A stretch of 64,000 nt of DNA, from assembly GCF_021028975.2 (NCBI RefSeq), contig NC_059432.1:22072001-22136000 (forward strand), written 5' to 3'. How positions within the stretch are numbered: the stretch's first letter is position 1; each line of letters opens with the position of its first letter. Below are positions 1 to 9,722 of this stretch, one piece after another. Source of the DNA: Sphaerodactylus townsendi. Lineage: Eukaryota. A program made the translations under genes and the position numbers. The notes under the pieces were generated by a model. That model made no database searches. It was not told where the DNA came from and saw nothing but the letters and a program-made list of their open reading frames with translations.

Positions 1-229
1 CAATGTTATGTACATCTACAAGGCTTTCAAATATGAGCTTAGAGGCATAGCACAAAAGTGATGGATGCTGGTCAGTGTAAGCCAGTATGATGGCTTATTC
101 ATCAACTTGCTATGTAGTTCAACTCTTCTCTTCAATTTATTTGAATTCATGTTATTCCAGTCAGCTGCTTATATGCATTCTTTTGTCTGCCACCATCTTT
201 TTGAGAGAAAATTGAGTGCTAACTAGTTA

Positions 230-2500
230 AATGTGCTAGAAGGAATTTCCACATCTGCAGTACTTCTGTTGAAGTCTGTCAACTTTTGCTAATTAAATAT
301 GAGGGATCGTGATATCTTTGTTCTCTGTAACAAATATGGAAGTATGTTAAAAGGATTATTTTAGAAATAAATTAATTCTCATATCTAAAGGTATTTGTTA
401 AGTCTCGGAACCTTAAGCCAATAAATGGACTTTGAGGTGTTGATCAGTAGCATTTATTGATGAGGCATCAAAGCATCAAAGTTTGGCAAAGCCAGTTCTG
501 ATAAACCTGGCATTTGTCATCCTCTTTATCCCCACTGCAAGTCCCCCCTCCTGCTTTCCCAAGAGGTTGTGAAAACAGTCCCTGGAGCTGAGGCGCCCCA
601 AGGTCAGTGGTAGATAGTAGGAGAAAGCCACCTGGCTTTCTGCCTCCAAGAGATAACGGATGTAACTCTTTTTTCTCATGGCACCAGGATGTCAGGAAAA
701 GCCTAGTTATCTACAAAGCATGTGAAGCCATAAAGTAAAGATCAAGGAAAGAATGCTCCAAATGGCAGTGTTTACATATAGCAGGCTGGTTACATATATC
801 TTGTAGCAGCATTGGCCCTTTCTGCATGGGCGTTTCATGGCCCCCTGGGGACGGCAAAAAAGCTTACCCGTTCCCAGGGAGACAGTGGCAGCCCCGTGCC
901 CGCTAACTAGGCGTGAAGCCCGGCATTTTCCCAGCCTCGCTTCGGGGAGCGGGGTTGCTAAAGCTCACCAGCTTGGAGCCGCTGCCGTGCGAACGGCAGC
1001 AGCTCCAAGGCACCTACCCCCCCACTCCCTCCCTTCACTTACCTGGTCTCCGGCCCTCTGGCGCGTCGCCGGGGCCTGGGGACATGCTTCCCCCTGCGGC
1101 CTGTGACGCTGGAAGCGGCGCCCTAGCGGGAGGCAGGAGGCGTGTCCCCAGGCCCCGGCGACATGCCGGATGGCCGCAGGAACGGTAAGTCCACCGGGCG
1201 ACGGCACCCAGTAGCGCTGTCTTCCCTGTTCTTTCTGGGACCATTCATGCGAACGGTCCCAGCGGCGTCGGGTCAGCGTCGACTATGCCGACCTGGCTGC
1301 TTCTGCCTCCGTGTGGAAGCGGCCATTGATTTGTTGTTTTAAGCAATTACATTGAGTTAGGAAACCAATCACATAGATACTATCCCCCTGACTGTATTCT
1401 TGCATGCATGACCATGGATTTCGAGTTTCGTTGAAGGCTGTTATTTTTCCTGCATAGCATTTAGAGTTGTTGTCATTGTTGGACCAGAGTAACACAAATT
1501 ATATTACTTGAGGTATTCATGAAAACAGGTAGGGCTGGTTTAAAAGTAAGATTCAAAGATTGCCACAAGTCTTAGAGGAAACATAACCACATGAAACAAA
1601 GGCTTTACTGGTGCCCTCAGTTTAGCTGAAGTGAAACATAGTTATATTTTCACCCATCACATAGGTACCAGGTGCTAAGCAAATTGTTTAAGGGAACAAA
1701 AATTTTAAAACAAATCTTCAGGATGTGTTTAGATGTTCATCAATAAGATCTATCCATGGGTTTCTGAAGCCTTTCCCACAATATTTGTCATGTCCTGAAG
1801 AGAATAGAATGTCTCCCAACAGGACTACAATCTCTCAGCAGAGGATCCTGGATCTTAGCAGAATTGGACCCTTTGTGGTCCTCAAAATAGGCTACACCCT
1901 AATTCTTTAGTGGACCCTCCTAAGCAAGGCATGAGAGGGATTTGTAATTAGGAAGAAGTGAGCTCTGTGGAAACAGTCTGAGATGGCAGGGTTGGGTGGA
2001 GTAGGCTGGAATTGATACGTCATAGCAGCGGTCATGGGATGAAGCAAAGCGAGATTGGATAAGGAGAAGTTTGAAGTCAGGGTTTCATCACATGCTGTGT
2101 GACAGGCACTCAAGCATAAGCAATGGAAGAAGCTGGGGCCGGTGAGGAATCCTGTATTTGGGACTGGCAATTGCCCCCTAAGCTCAAATCTCCTAAGGAA
2201 CCAAACAGACCAGATTTCCTCATATTCCTCTGTCCTTTCCCCCACAACTGTCAGCTTGTCAGTTTTGAGAGTAACAAACAACCTCTTCAAGCCACTGTTG
2301 AAGTATTTTATTTTTTTTAATGAAAAGCAATATTTTTCTGCATACCAGAGAGTGTCTTGTGTATGCAGAAACCCCAACCTTCGAATGGAGTGTGCCCCTT
2401 TCTTTTCCATTGTGATAAACCCGCAATGAAGCTTACCACAGGAATAAATTAAGGGAGGAGTGTGCCATTCAGGGGAGGGCAGACTGTAAGGAATAGTGTA
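230..2500 (-). mobile_element. Very old degraded non-LTR retrotransposon (LINE ORF2-like) remnant, interrupted by the MITE at 814-1324
   Basis: Only weak, frameshifted RT/endonuclease-like traces on the minus strand (YYLPLTL resembling NYRPISL near 600-620; VLLGD near 1812-1830). Boundaries are approximate. Confidence 0.3.
814..1324. mobile_element. PIF/Harbinger-type non-autonomous element (MITE), GC/CpG-rich
   Basis: Imperfect TIRs GGCCCTTTCTGCATGG ... CCGTGTGGAAGCGGCC; 3-bp TSD ATT (811-813 and 1325-1327); termini related to copies at 22986 and 38190. Confidence 0.75.
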
Positions 2501-3714
2501 AGATGGGAACAATTCAGAAATTACATCACACATTCAAAAATCTCCCCACTGGGATTATATACATTCTCAAGAGCTTGAACAGGCTTGCCTATCCTTTCGC
2601 CCTTTTCTCTTTGGGACTTTTCCTCTTTCTCATTTTCCTTGCTTGGTGTTCCTGTTACTTTGTGGATTTCCCCTCTGTTCTACATGTGTTTTGTGTAAAT
2701 TGGTATTATCTCTCCATTTTAGATGGGGTGGCTGCTGAGAGAACAAGTGCCTTTTGGTAAGGTTGGACCAGCATGAATGAACCAGATCAGTGGATACCTT
2801 CTTCTGAGAAGGAAAGAATGACCAATGAAGCACAAAAGATGGTTTCAGAGGGCCCTATTCTGGGCAATATAAACTTGGGGAGTCCAAGTAGTAGGGAAAG
2901 AAGAGAAGAGTAGAAGTTGGACATAGTCAAATAACTCCATTAAAATATTATATTTGGGCTTGTGCTGGAGCTTGTCTTTTTTAATTACATTCAGTAATTC
3001 TCTGTAGGAATACTATGGCTTTCCCCCTGATTAGCACAAGTCTGTGTGAGGAGAAACTAAATGTAGTGGTTAAATATTCATCTAGTCCCTTACTTTTCCG
3101 AACCATTAGCTCTTTACAGCTGGAAAACACTTCCTTCACTACACTCCATGGATGCATTTTTTTTTCAGTCCAAGCACTTGAGCCTTGGCAGTATGTGGCA
3201 GCAAGAGTTTATTAAAAAACACACAACTTCAGCGCTAATTTAAATGAACCGGAAGCACAGCGATACTTCATCTTAATTTTTTATGCCAAGGGCCCTTGTG
3301 GCTATGCACGAAAAGTTCGCTCAGGCTGAAGTGTGTTTCTCATTCAGCAAGTGATGACAATCATGAAGGAGTGTCCATATGGATTGGAAAGTATACAGGC
3401 TCTTACAGAAGCCAGCATGCACACCTGACTGGAGTGTATCACACATGGATGTAACTGACAGCTACCATAGGCAAAACTTTTCTCACAGCTGAAATGTTCA
3501 AGAAAAAATTCGCCAAGTAGTTTCTATATAATGGCAAAAAAGAATCTCCAGCAATGGTGGGTAGGGTTGGTAAATGAAAAAAAAATTCGGCCCTGGTTTG
3601 GATTCGGGGACCCAGATTCAAGGTCTATCTCGGAGATTGATTTTTTAAGATTTGCGCAGTGACATCCGAGATTCTCGGATGCGTTTTTATTTTTTGCTGG
3701 TTTTTGCATTTTGG

Positions 3715-4029
3715 CCTGCAGGGGGCGCATTTTTAAAGGTATCAGCATGAAAATTTCAGGGTATCTTCATAATACTGTCTGGATTATGTCCCCCAAGTTT
3801 GGTGCAGTTTGGTTCAGGGGGGCCCAACTTATGGACCCCCAAAAAGGTGGCCCATATCACCCATTGTTTCCAATGGGAGCCAATGGAAGATAGGGGCTAT
3901 CTTTGAGGGTCCATAACTTGGGCTCCCCTGCACAAACTGCACCACACTTGGGGTGCATGATCAGGACAGTATTCTGAAGATACCCTGAAATTTCCATGCC
4001 GATACCGTTAAAAATGCGCCCCCTGCAGG
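3715..4029. repeat. Long internal inverted repeat (~130-bp arms) in the hAT element
   Basis: CCTGCAGGGGGCGCATTTTTAA...ATTTCAGGGTATCTTCA...AACTTATGGACCC is mirrored by GGGTCCATAACTT...TGAAGATACCCTGAAAT...TTAAAAATGCGCCCCCTGCAGG. Confidence 0.85.
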
Positions 4030-4098
4030 TACCCCAGGTGGTTTGCATTGAATTTTTTTTCAATTGCTTTCAATTGGGGAATTCCTGGGATGCCTGCA

Positions 4099-5360
4099 GA
4101 GGGTTTGTCTGTCCAGACACCCCCCGGGAGGTCTGTCCGGACACCCCCCGGGAGGTCTGTCCAGACACCCGCCGGAGGTCTGTCCGGACAACCCCCGGGA
4201 GGATTGTCTGGACACCACTGTCCGGACATCCCCCAGGAGGTTTGTCTGGACACCCCCTGGGAGTTTTGTCCCGACACCCCCGGGAGGTTTGTCTGGACAC
4301 CCCCTGGGAGGTTTGTCCGGACACCACTGTCCAGACACCCCCCGGGAGGTCTGTCCGGACACCCCCCAGGAGGTCTGTTCGGACACTCCCCGGGAGGTCT
4401 GTCCGGACACCCCCCAGGAAGTTTGTCCGGACACCCCCGGGAGGTTTGTCCGGACACCACTGTCCGGACACACCCCGGGAGGTTTGTCCAGACACACCCT
4501 GGGAGGTTTGTCCGGACACCCCCCCAAGAGGTCTGTCTGGAACCCCCCCGGGAGGTTTGTCCGGACACCCCCCTGATGGTCTGTTCGGACACCCCCCGGG
4601 AGGTCTGTCTGGACACCCCATGGGAGGTTTGTCCGGACACCCCCCTGATGGTTTGTCTGGACACCAACCACTGTACGGACACCCCGCAGGAGGTCTGTCC
4701 GGACACCCCCCAGATGGTCTGTCCGGACACCCCCCGGATGGTTTGTCCTGACACCCCCGAATGGTTTGTCCCGACACGCCCCGGGAGGTTTGTCCGGACC
4801 CCCCCGGGAGGTTTGTCCAGACACCCCCCAGATGGTTTGTCCGGACACCCCTCGGATGGTTTGTCCAGACACCCCTGGGAGGTCTGTCCGGACACCCCCC
4901 GGGAGGTCTGTCCGGACACCCCCCGGGAGGTCTGTCCGGACACCCCCCGGGAGGTCTGTCCGGGCACCCCCCGGAGGTTTGTCCGGGCACCCCCCGGAGG
5001 TCTGTCCAGACACCCTGGGAGGTCTGTCCGGACACCCCCGGGAGGTCTGTCCGGACACCCCCCGGGAGGTTTGTCTGGACACCCGGAATGTTTGTACGCA
5101 GACCAGGAAGGTTTGTACGGACACCCGGGAGGTTTGTCCAGACACCTGGGAGTTTGGGCAAGATGCCTGGAAGGTTGGGAGGGATGTCTGAAAGTTTGGG
5201 CTGGACTCCTGGGAGGTTGGGTGGGCTACCGGGGCTTTTGGGCTGGATGACTGGGAGGTTCGGCGGTACTCCTGGGAGATTGGCCGGACCACCTAGAAGG
5301 TTGGGCGGGATGGCTGGCAGGTTGGGCAGGACCCCTGGGAGGTTGGGTGGGACCCCAGGC
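4099..5360. repeat. GC-rich minisatellite, ~22-bp unit GGGAGGT(C/T)TGTCCGGACACCCCCC, degenerating after ~5150 into a ~21-bp GGGAGGTTGGGCGGGACCCCT-like unit
   Basis: Directly visible tandem array of several dozen units; each unit contains the palindrome TGTCCGGACA; explains the long repetitive ORFs on both strands. Confidence 0.95.
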
Positions 5361-5415
5361 ACAGGCATGGGGGGCAGGGAATTTTTCCCCCACCCCTTCC
5401 CTCAGACCAACCTCA

Positions 5416-5565
5416 TGTATCACAGAGGGAAGTCTGTTACACACTGTGTCCTCACATCCCTCTTGGATGCACTTCTGAAGATGCCAGCCACAGATGCAGG
5501 CAAAACGTTAGGAACAAGATCTACCAGACCATGGCCACACAGCCCGGAAAACCCACAACAACCAT
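5416..5565 (+). mobile_element. Penelope-like element pseudo-LTR fragment with a degenerate minimal hammerhead ribozyme motif
   Basis: CTGAAGA (5475-5481) - TGCC...GGC stem - AAAACGTTAGGA (GAAA mutated to AAAA); homologous to the palindrome at 49637-49792. Confidence 0.75.
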
Positions 5566-5584
5566 CTGAGGAAAAGATTTCTGA

Positions 5585-5590
5585 TTTATT
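5585..5590 (-). terminator. Putative poly(A) signal of the captured FFAR2-like fragment
   Basis: TTTATT on + (AATAAA on -), about 105 nt downstream of the stop codon at 5694-5696. Confidence 0.45.
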
Positions 5591-5693
5591 GTACAAAAAT
5601 GAATTTTGAACGTTAGGAACCATATTCAAGATTTTTTTTGCGGGGGCACTTAGTTGAGTTACTGGATTTTGAATCAGTTTGTGGACATTGCTT

Positions 5694-6353
5694 TCAATTT
5701 CCCGGTGCTTTGGAGCCAGGGTGCAAACTTTCTACTGATAGTGCTGTGCATTGCGTTTGCTGTAGAATGCTCTTGAGCTCTGATTGCACAGAGTCTATGC
5801 AGGTTGGTCCAAAGAGAAGTTTTTTTGTCTGGGCATCAGCTCCTTGATATCTACTCTGAAGACCTGAACTAAAGAACTGGTCAGCATCTACTCCTTCATC
5901 ATTATTTGTAGGATGTTTAGAGCAGAAGACCACAGTTTGGAGTCTGAGGAACATGGCACCCCAACACTCATTAATGGTCCGTCAGATGGCCTTGGAAGAG
6001 AAGAAGATGACAGGATCAACACAGGTATTAAGTGTGCTGAGGAGGAGTGCTTCCATTCTCCAAGGTGGACTCTGGTTCTTTATAAAGCCCACCATGTGGG
6101 AAACATTGTACAGAGCAAAGCAGATGATGAAATTGAGCAAAGTGGCCACAGCTAGGCCCACCGCCCGTCGCTTCTTGCTGGGTTTGACATTGGAGAGGGA
6201 GCTCAGGAGGTGGATGACCTTCACATAGCAGAAGAGGGTGATAATGAAAGGGAAACAGAAAAAGAACAGGCAGAGTTCCAATCGGAGAGAGTAGATGACA
6301 CGGAGCTGTTGGGAAGAGAAGTTATCATAGCAATGGGAGGTATTAGGAGAATA
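5694..6353 (-). pseudogene. FFAR2: 5'-truncated free fatty acid receptor 2-like GPCR fragment (ECL2, TM5-TM7, C-tail)
   Basis: Reads YSPNTSHCYDNFSSQQLRVIYSLRLELCLFFFCFPFIITLFCY...KKRRAVGLAVATLLNFIICFALYNVSHMVGF...LNTCVDPVIFFSSKAI*RTINECW...; matches FFAR2-family motifs CYxNF, RLEL, RRAVGLAVxTLLNF, YNVSH, DP. Premature TGA at 5982-5984 (probably from CGA), same frame continues to a stop at 5694. TM1-TM4 are absent. Paralog identity within the FFAR cluster is not certain. Confidence 0.88.
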
Positions 6354-6440
6354 CTATCTGTACCCGGCCACGCGTTGCTGTGGCTCAGTCTGGTGAAGTG
6401 GAAAGGAAAGAGAAAGTGGACGCTTGTTAAATTTTTAGTG

Positions 6441-6960
6441 TCACAATGCATGTTGGTATACAGTATCTTGTGTTGTTCCATTGTTTTGTTGTGAAGTAGC
6501 TGTTGCAGTTGGCAAACAGTGGAAGTTCTGATGGTGGTAGAAATCACACAGTGTGCATGCAGTGCATCATTGGCATCACCGATGGAATTAATTGGAAGGA
6601 GTTCATGGTGACTATCTGGATAGGGGAGCAGGGAGGCGAGTATATGGTAAATTTGTCCTGTCACTGTGAAAGTTTGGAGGAATTGAGTTGTGTCAATTTC
6701 CTTGGGGGAATGAGTGCATTTGGAAGCATGAGTTGTATTTCCTGGTGTTACCTAGGAATGGATTTGATTTGGCGGTGGTTTAAAGGCTTGTGGTGGTGTG
6801 GTTGTGCCTGTTGAGGCATTGTCATTGTTGTAGTGCATAACACATTCCTTTGGTGTTCCAGTGAATTTCAGAGCCGTGTAATAAGGACACACTTCAGTCA
6901 TAGAAGTGAGTGATAACATGCTGGCTGTTTGCCATGTGGTAGTTTGTGTAGGTATGTGTG
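6441..6960 (-). pseudogene. Helitron RepHel remnant: N-terminal region fused to the last codons of the helicase
   Basis: Frameshifted translation MTEVCPYYTALKF (ATG 6899-6901), RKYNSCFQM (6717-6743), TFTVTGQIYHILASLLPYPD...QLQQLLH, then NNGTTQDTVYQHAL* (6441-6485). These resemble RepHel motifs C-x2-C-x-ALKF, KYNSCFQMTSFG, GQIYH-x-GSLLP and the C-terminal T-x-N-x-VY. Confidence 0.8.
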
Positions 6961-8031
6961 ATGTGTGGAATGAATGGGGTTTAGCAGGTGAATGTCAGAG
7001 GACGGCATAGGAGCCTTCTGAGGGAGGCCAGTGTGGTTGTACTTCCCATAGCAGAAGGAGGCAAAGGAGGGTTTGTGGGAGGGCATGAGTGTGTATAGGG
7101 GTGTGTTGTGGGTAGTAGGGTGTTGTAGCAGTGAGTTGAGGATGTCGAAGAGGCCGTCATGGGTACATGGGTGTTGGTTGGTACAGTTAGAGAAGTGTAG
7201 GTGAAGTGTGTGGTAAGTGGTTGGTGTTGTGTTAGAAGCTGTGCATAGCCCCTTAGGGCAGTGGTGGGTAACCATGGTGCAGAAGCGTTAGGGGTGGCGT
7301 TTGGAGTGTAGGCTGGCGTGCAAGGCTGGTGTGCGCCCTGAGCCTGTGGCTGGGAGTAAGAGTGGTGGATGGGAAGGGGGGGTTGTGTCTGAGGAAATCC
7401 TCATTGGCTTGCGTGTCATACAGTGTAAGTGCTGCACAGGTGGTTCACCAGATGTACCCCTGAGGAAGGCACACCTGCATTCTAAACAGAAACCTCAGTA
7501 ATCAGGTGGAGTTGGCATGGTGGAATGTAACGATAAAAGAGTGGGTTTTGTCTTGCAATTTGGGCAGTCGGTCTTGAGAAGGCTGGCCAACAGTGCTGTA
7601 GAGCAAGGAAGAGGAGTATATGCAGCTTAGGTATGTGAATTTGGAGAGAAGGGATGGTAGATTTGGGGTAGAGTTGAAATCCTCATAGCATAAATGTCAG
7701 TAAGCAGGATGAATTGCCAAATTGGTCCGTTCTGAAAAATAAGTGGGGTTTGTCTTGCAATTTGGGCAGCTGGTGTAGAGAAGGCTGGCCAACAGTGTTT
7801 GAAACCACAAAGAGGAGTATGAACATATGAGGTAGAGCGCAATGGGAGAGAGCAGGTGGTGGAGTAGTTGCAGAGTTAGTTGTTTGCAGTGGGAGAGCAG
7901 AGATGGTTGAGTTGGTGGAGAATTGTGTGTGAGGGACAGACTGTTTGTTGTTGGTAGTTATAAGCGAGTAAGTAAAGGCAGACAGCTGTGGAGAATATGG
8001 GTGAGGAATTGTGTATGTGATGGTTGACTGT

Positions 8032-8173
8032 GGCTCATTCCGCACATGCAGAATAATGCACTTTCAAACTGCTTTCAGAGCTCTTTGAAGCTGTCTCGGA
8101 ATGGCAAAATCCACTTGCAAACAGTTGTGAAAGTGGTTTGAAAAGCATTGTGTTGCGTGTGCGGAATGGGGCC
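8032..8173. mobile_element. Short Harbinger-type MITE nested in the Helitron
   Basis: TIR GGCTCATTCCGCACA / TGTGCGGAATGGGGCC; 3-bp TSD TGT (8029-8031 and 8174-8176). Confidence 0.8.
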
Positions 8174-8176
8174 TGT

Positions 8177-9460
8177 GAGAGGGGGCAGAGTGAAGTGGGT
8201 GTGGAGGAGATGGGTGCAGGAAATGAAGTAGTGAAGGCAGAGAGATATGGAGAATATCTGAGAGGCAGTTATGTTTGAATGTGAGGGACAGCACACTGAA
8301 GTGTAGAGAGGAAAAGGTGGATGAGTGTGGGACAGGGCCGCAGTGAAATGTGTGAGGATGGGAATGTGTGTAGAGAGTATTTGTTGTGTGTGGGAAGTAA
8401 TGGATTGAGAATTGAGATTGAAGGTAGCGATTTGCAAAAGAAAGAGAGGTGAGAGGCAGACAGTTGTTACTCTGTGGGAGGCTGAAGAGCGCAAAGGTGT
8501 TAAGCTGAGAGAGGGAAAGTTGGTCGCTAGGGGAGCAGGAGGCAGAGGAGTCCTTGTGAGAAGGTGTGAGTCGAGGTGTGGAGTTTTGGAGGATGCAGGA
8601 GAAAGAGAAATAGAGTGTGGGGGGAGGGGGGGAGGGAGAAGTGTGTGACTGGTGGGAATGTGATGGAGGGGCAGAGTGAAAGTGTGTGAGGGAGGTGGGA
8701 AATGTGTACATATTTGTATCTTGTGTATGTGGTAGTAGTAATGGAGGTGAGACAGCAATTGAAGAGTTAAAAGTGCACAGGAAATAATTTAAAGTAGAAA
8801 GGCAGAGAGAGATATAGGAATGAATATGTGTGAGAGCAGTGATGTTTTGAATGTGAAGGGAGAGGCAGACTGAAGTGTTGAGGAGGGAAAAGGTGGATGG
8901 AGAGTGTAATGGGACAGGGCAGAGTGAAAGGTGTGAGGATGGGGGGGGGGGGAACGATGTGTGAGGAAGTATTTGTTGTGTGTAGGAAGAGGATAATGGA
9001 TGAGATTGAGAATTAGAAGGTAACAGTGCAAGAAAAGAAAAAGTGAAGGCAGAACAGCTATGGAGAGAATTGTGTATGTGATGTTTGAATGTGTGGGAGG
9101 GCAGAGTGAACTGTGTATGGGAGGGTTGGACACAGAAAAGTGGAGAGGCACTCACCACAACTGTGTAATGTGTGAAAAGGGGAGAACCCCCCCCTCACGT
9201 GTGAAATGAGAAGCGTGTGAAGTGTGAGTGGGGCAGTATATGGGTTGCTTTGGTGAAGGAGCCGTGAATGGCCGGAGCTGCAGCCCTCAGAGGCACCCGG
9301 CTGTGGGAGCTGAAGTGAGGAAATGAGGGCAGCCGAGGTGGCTGAGAGAAGAGGGAAAGGATTGGTTGCTGGGGGCGGGAGGCCCGAGGAGTCAGCTTGA
9401 AGAATGTGAGTCTGCAGGTTTGGAAGAGCAGCAGGGAGAAAAAAAGAGAGATGTGGGGGA
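8177..9460. repeat. Degenerate G/A/T-rich internal duplications within the Helitron
   Basis: Recurring blocks GGGCAGAGTGAA (~8183, 8668, 8916, 9099), GAAAAGGTGGATG (~8312, 8887), GTATTTGTTGTGTGT (~8377, 8969). Confidence 0.7.
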
Positions 9461-9461
9461 G

Positions 9462-9722
9462 AGGGGATTGCCTGGAGTTAAGGAGGAGCGGCTGCGTTAA
9501 AATGGGAGACTTGTGTGGCCGTTTTGGCTGGGAATGGCTGAAGCTGGAGGGAGAGGGAGGGGGATTGCCTGAGTTAAGGAGGAGCGGACTGCGTTAAAAT
9601 GAGAGGCTTGTAGTAGCCAGCCGTTTGTGGCCGTTTAAGAAACTGGGGGAATCACGAAGCTGGAGGAGGGGAGGGATTGCCTGAGTTTAGGAGGAAGGCG
9701 GACTGCGTTAAAATGAGAGAGC
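9462..9722. repeat. Three-copy ~100-bp tandem repeat within the Helitron
   Basis: GGGATTGCCT(G)GAGTT(A/T)AGGAGGA..CGG(A)CTGCGTTAAAATG occurs three times. Confidence 0.8.

Noticed and set aside
4099-5150. CRISPR-like array of palindromic repeats
   Set aside because: Units are directly tandem with no unique spacers, there are no cas genes and the context is vertebrate.
3996-5609. Multiple 140-430 aa ORFs on both strands
   Set aside because: They are translations of a stop-poor GC-rich minisatellite (repeating PPGGLSGH / REVCPDTP); no domain content.
5982-6281. Functional FFAR2 gene
   Set aside because: TM1-TM4 are missing, there is a premature stop, no ATG start, and it lies inside transposons; treated as a captured pseudogene fragment.
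8064-9158. 364-aa His/Ser/Pro/Leu-rich ORF and overlapping ORFs
   Set aside because: A by-product of the G-poor minus strand and internal duplications of the Helitron; it also runs through a MITE insertion.
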